DNA from: Candidatus Parcubacteria bacterium
GTDB taxonomy: Bacteria; Patescibacteriota; Minisyncoccia; UBA6257; 2-01-FULL-56-20
NCBI GenBank assembly: GCA_027355945.1
Contig: DAIEHA010000004.1
Location: 4,449 to 68,448, forward strand
DNA: 64,000 bases
Direction: 5' to 3'
Positions 62,574-64,000 of this stretch are shown here, piece after piece. The translations under genes and the position numbers were made by a program. The notes beneath the pieces were generated by a model. That model had not been told where the DNA came from and did not search any database. It saw nothing but the letters and a program-made list of their open reading frames with translations. Position 1 is the first letter of the stretch. Every line of letters begins with the position of its first letter.

Positions 62574-63098
62574 ATGGCCACACTCATGCATTCCAAGAAG
62601 ATGAGGATCATCCTTTCGCTGATCGGCGGTCTTGTTGTCGTGATGCTCTCCTTCGGTGCGGGCATGGCGGTGGGCTATTGGCGCGGTATTTTCGCATCCC
62701 GGTTCGGGGAGAATTATCTTATGAACTTCAGGGGAAGAGGGGGGATGGGGATGTTCCCCGGAGGGGCGCCCCCGCTCAATCAGTATGGGATGGAGGGCAC
62801 CGTGATCGGCGTGAACCCCTCGAGTTCGATCATCGATATCGAGGAGCCGAGCGGGGATGAGGGTTCCGTGGCCGTGACGAAGAACACCGTCATCCGCGAA
62901 AAGGACAGGACCATACCGCTCGGGGCGATCGTGCCCGGGAACATCGTGGTCGCGATCGGCGATCCGGACGGCAAGGGACAGATCCTTGCGCGTTTCATCA
63001 GGGTGTTCGAGAGCACATCGTCGGTTCCCCAGTGGCAGCAGTTCTCCGGCCCTCCCGCACCGCAAACCTCATCCGTCCCTCCGCCGATGCAACCCTAA
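62574..63098 (+). CDS. Membrane-anchored hypothetical protein
   Basis: ORF track 62508 trimmed to ATG 62574 (MATLMHSKKMRIILSLIGGLVVVMLSFGAGMAVGYW). Confidence 0.55.
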   Translation: MATLMHSKKMRIILSLIGGLVVVMLSFGAGMAVGYWRGIFASRFGENYLMNFRGRGGMGMFPGGAPPLNQYGMEGTVIGVNPSSSIIDIEEPSGDEGSVAVTKNTVIREKDRTIPLGAIVPGNIVVAIGDPDGKGQILARFIRVFESTSSVPQWQQFSGPPAPQTSSVPPPMQP

Positions 63099-63116
63099 CA
63101 ACCACCCACCTCCCTC

Positions 63117-64000
63117 ATGTCGTCACCCTCCTCGATCTTCGGTACAATACGGAATTACGCCAAGGCGCATGCGATCGTCTCAAGCATCGCCATCATCCTC
63201 ATCGTTCTCGGATCGTATTATTGGTATGCGAATGCGAATGCCGTTTCCGCACCCGCGAGATACGTCGTCCAGGCGGCATCCGCGGGATCGGTCGTCGCAT
63301 CCGTTTCGGGGACGGGCGAGGTCCAGGCGGGCACCACGATCAATATCACTCCGAAGGTCTCCGAGACCGTGACCTCCATACCCGCCACCGTGGGCCAGCA
63401 TGTGGTGGCGGGCCAGCTTATCATGCAGCTCGATCCGACGAATGAGGAACAGGCGGTCCGTACGGATGAGCTTGCGCTGCAGAACGCCCAGCTTTCGCTT
63501 CAGGAGCTGCAGCAGATCACCACCTCCACGCTCCTCGCGGATCAGAATGCGGTGCGTCAGGGGCAGCTCAGCATCGTCACCGCGTCTACCACGGTCGCCC
63601 AGGATTATGCGACCGGATTTCAGGGGCTTGGTAATGTGTTCGCTGATTTCCAGACGGTGATGACGGGGCTTCAGAACTTCGTCCGGGGAAACGACATCAA
63701 TTCCATCCAGAACGACCCCGATGCCTATCTCGGTCTCATTCCAAGCTATCTTCAGACGGGGGCGACCCCGTATAGAGATGAGGTGCAGTCGACGTATCAG
63801 GCGGCATCGCAGGCATACCAAAATGGTCTCGCCCAATATCATGCCGTGTCCCAGACCTCCGATAGGAAGTCGCTCGATGCGCTTTTCTCGGAGACCTATG
63901 CTACCGCGAACACGATGAGCGCTGCGGTGAAGGCGAGCAAGGATTTCCTCGCCTACATCACGAGCATCTATCCCTCATCGAGCAGCACGAAGCCGCTTCC
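63117..64000 (+). CDS. Efflux transporter periplasmic adaptor (HlyD/MFP family), 5' partial; runs off the window
   Basis: Frame open from ATG 63117 to the window end, not in the ORF track. TM anchor IVSSIAIILIVLGSYYW; VSGTGEVQAGTTINITPKVSETVTSIPATVGQHVVAGQLIMQLDP MFP signature; coiled-coil segment follows. Confidence 0.65.
   Translation, partial: MSSPSSIFGTIRNYAKAHAIVSSIAIILIVLGSYYWYANANAVSAPARYVVQAASAGSVVASVSGTGEVQAGTTINITPKVSETVTSIPATVGQHVVAGQLIMQLDPTNEEQAVRTDELALQNAQLSLQELQQITTSTLLADQNAVRQGQLSIVTASTTVAQDYATGFQGLGNVFADFQTVMTGLQNFVRGNDINSIQNDPDAYLGLIPSYLQTGATPYRDEVQSTYQAASQAYQNGLAQYHAVSQTSDRKSLDALFSETYATANTMSAAVKASKDFLAYITSIYPSSSSTKPL

Noticed and set aside
1-64000. CRISPR arrays, rRNA genes, transposases/integrases
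   Set aside because: I looked for direct repeats with unique spacers, rRNA-like conserved stretches and DDE/tyrosine-recombinase motifs and found none; the only notable tandem repeats are the coding 117-bp x3 and 30-bp x2 repeats

Overview
High-GC (~60%) bacterial chromosomal window, densely coding, with no rRNA, CRISPR or obvious transposase. Housekeeping genes I recognise with confidence: recG, tyrS, serS, a def-fmt operon, a DEAD-box helicase, Bcp peroxiredoxin, Fe/Mn superoxide dismutase, FKBP, an MsbA-like ABC exporter, a P1B-type ATPase, a class IV aminotransferase, an archaeal-type PGI/PMI, a PEBP protein, two ECF sigma factors, an OmpR-type regulator, and tRNA-Lys(CTT) and tRNA-Gln(TTG). 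About half the window encodes cell-surface machinery, and that is where I think the novelty lies. (1) A co-directional 7.8-kb operon at 217..7956 encodes prepilin-type and secreted repeat proteins, including a 908-aa fibre-like protein. (2) A type IV pilus cluster at 51628..58319 has PilB, PilC, three pseudopilins including a 582-aa one, and a short pilin. (3) A 1779-aa giant surface protein at 25501..30840 carries a mucin-like S/T/P/A tract, a glycine-rich (Gly_rich-like) domain and three 117-bp tandem beta-propeller-blade repeats. (4) A compact cohesin/dockerin module at 32872..36409 has an FN3+dockerin protein followed by two paralogous cohesin-like, C-terminally membrane-anchored proteins. 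(5) A single 827-aa ORF fuses glucose-6-phosphate dehydrogenase to a short-form 6-phosphogluconate dehydrogenase. Several genes have a TATAAT-like box about 6 nt upstream of the start codon, which suggests leaderless mRNAs. The gene content (pili, giant adhesins, cohesin/dockerin, DUF4012, GT39, few biosynthetic genes) resembles an uncultivated, possibly episymbiotic lineage such as Patescibacteria; that is my inference, not something I can demonstrate. Start codons were refined by hand where the ORF track clearly over-extended (ATG/GTG/TTG extensions). Coordinates of RNA genes, terminators and repeats are hand-derived and may be off by 1-2 nt.
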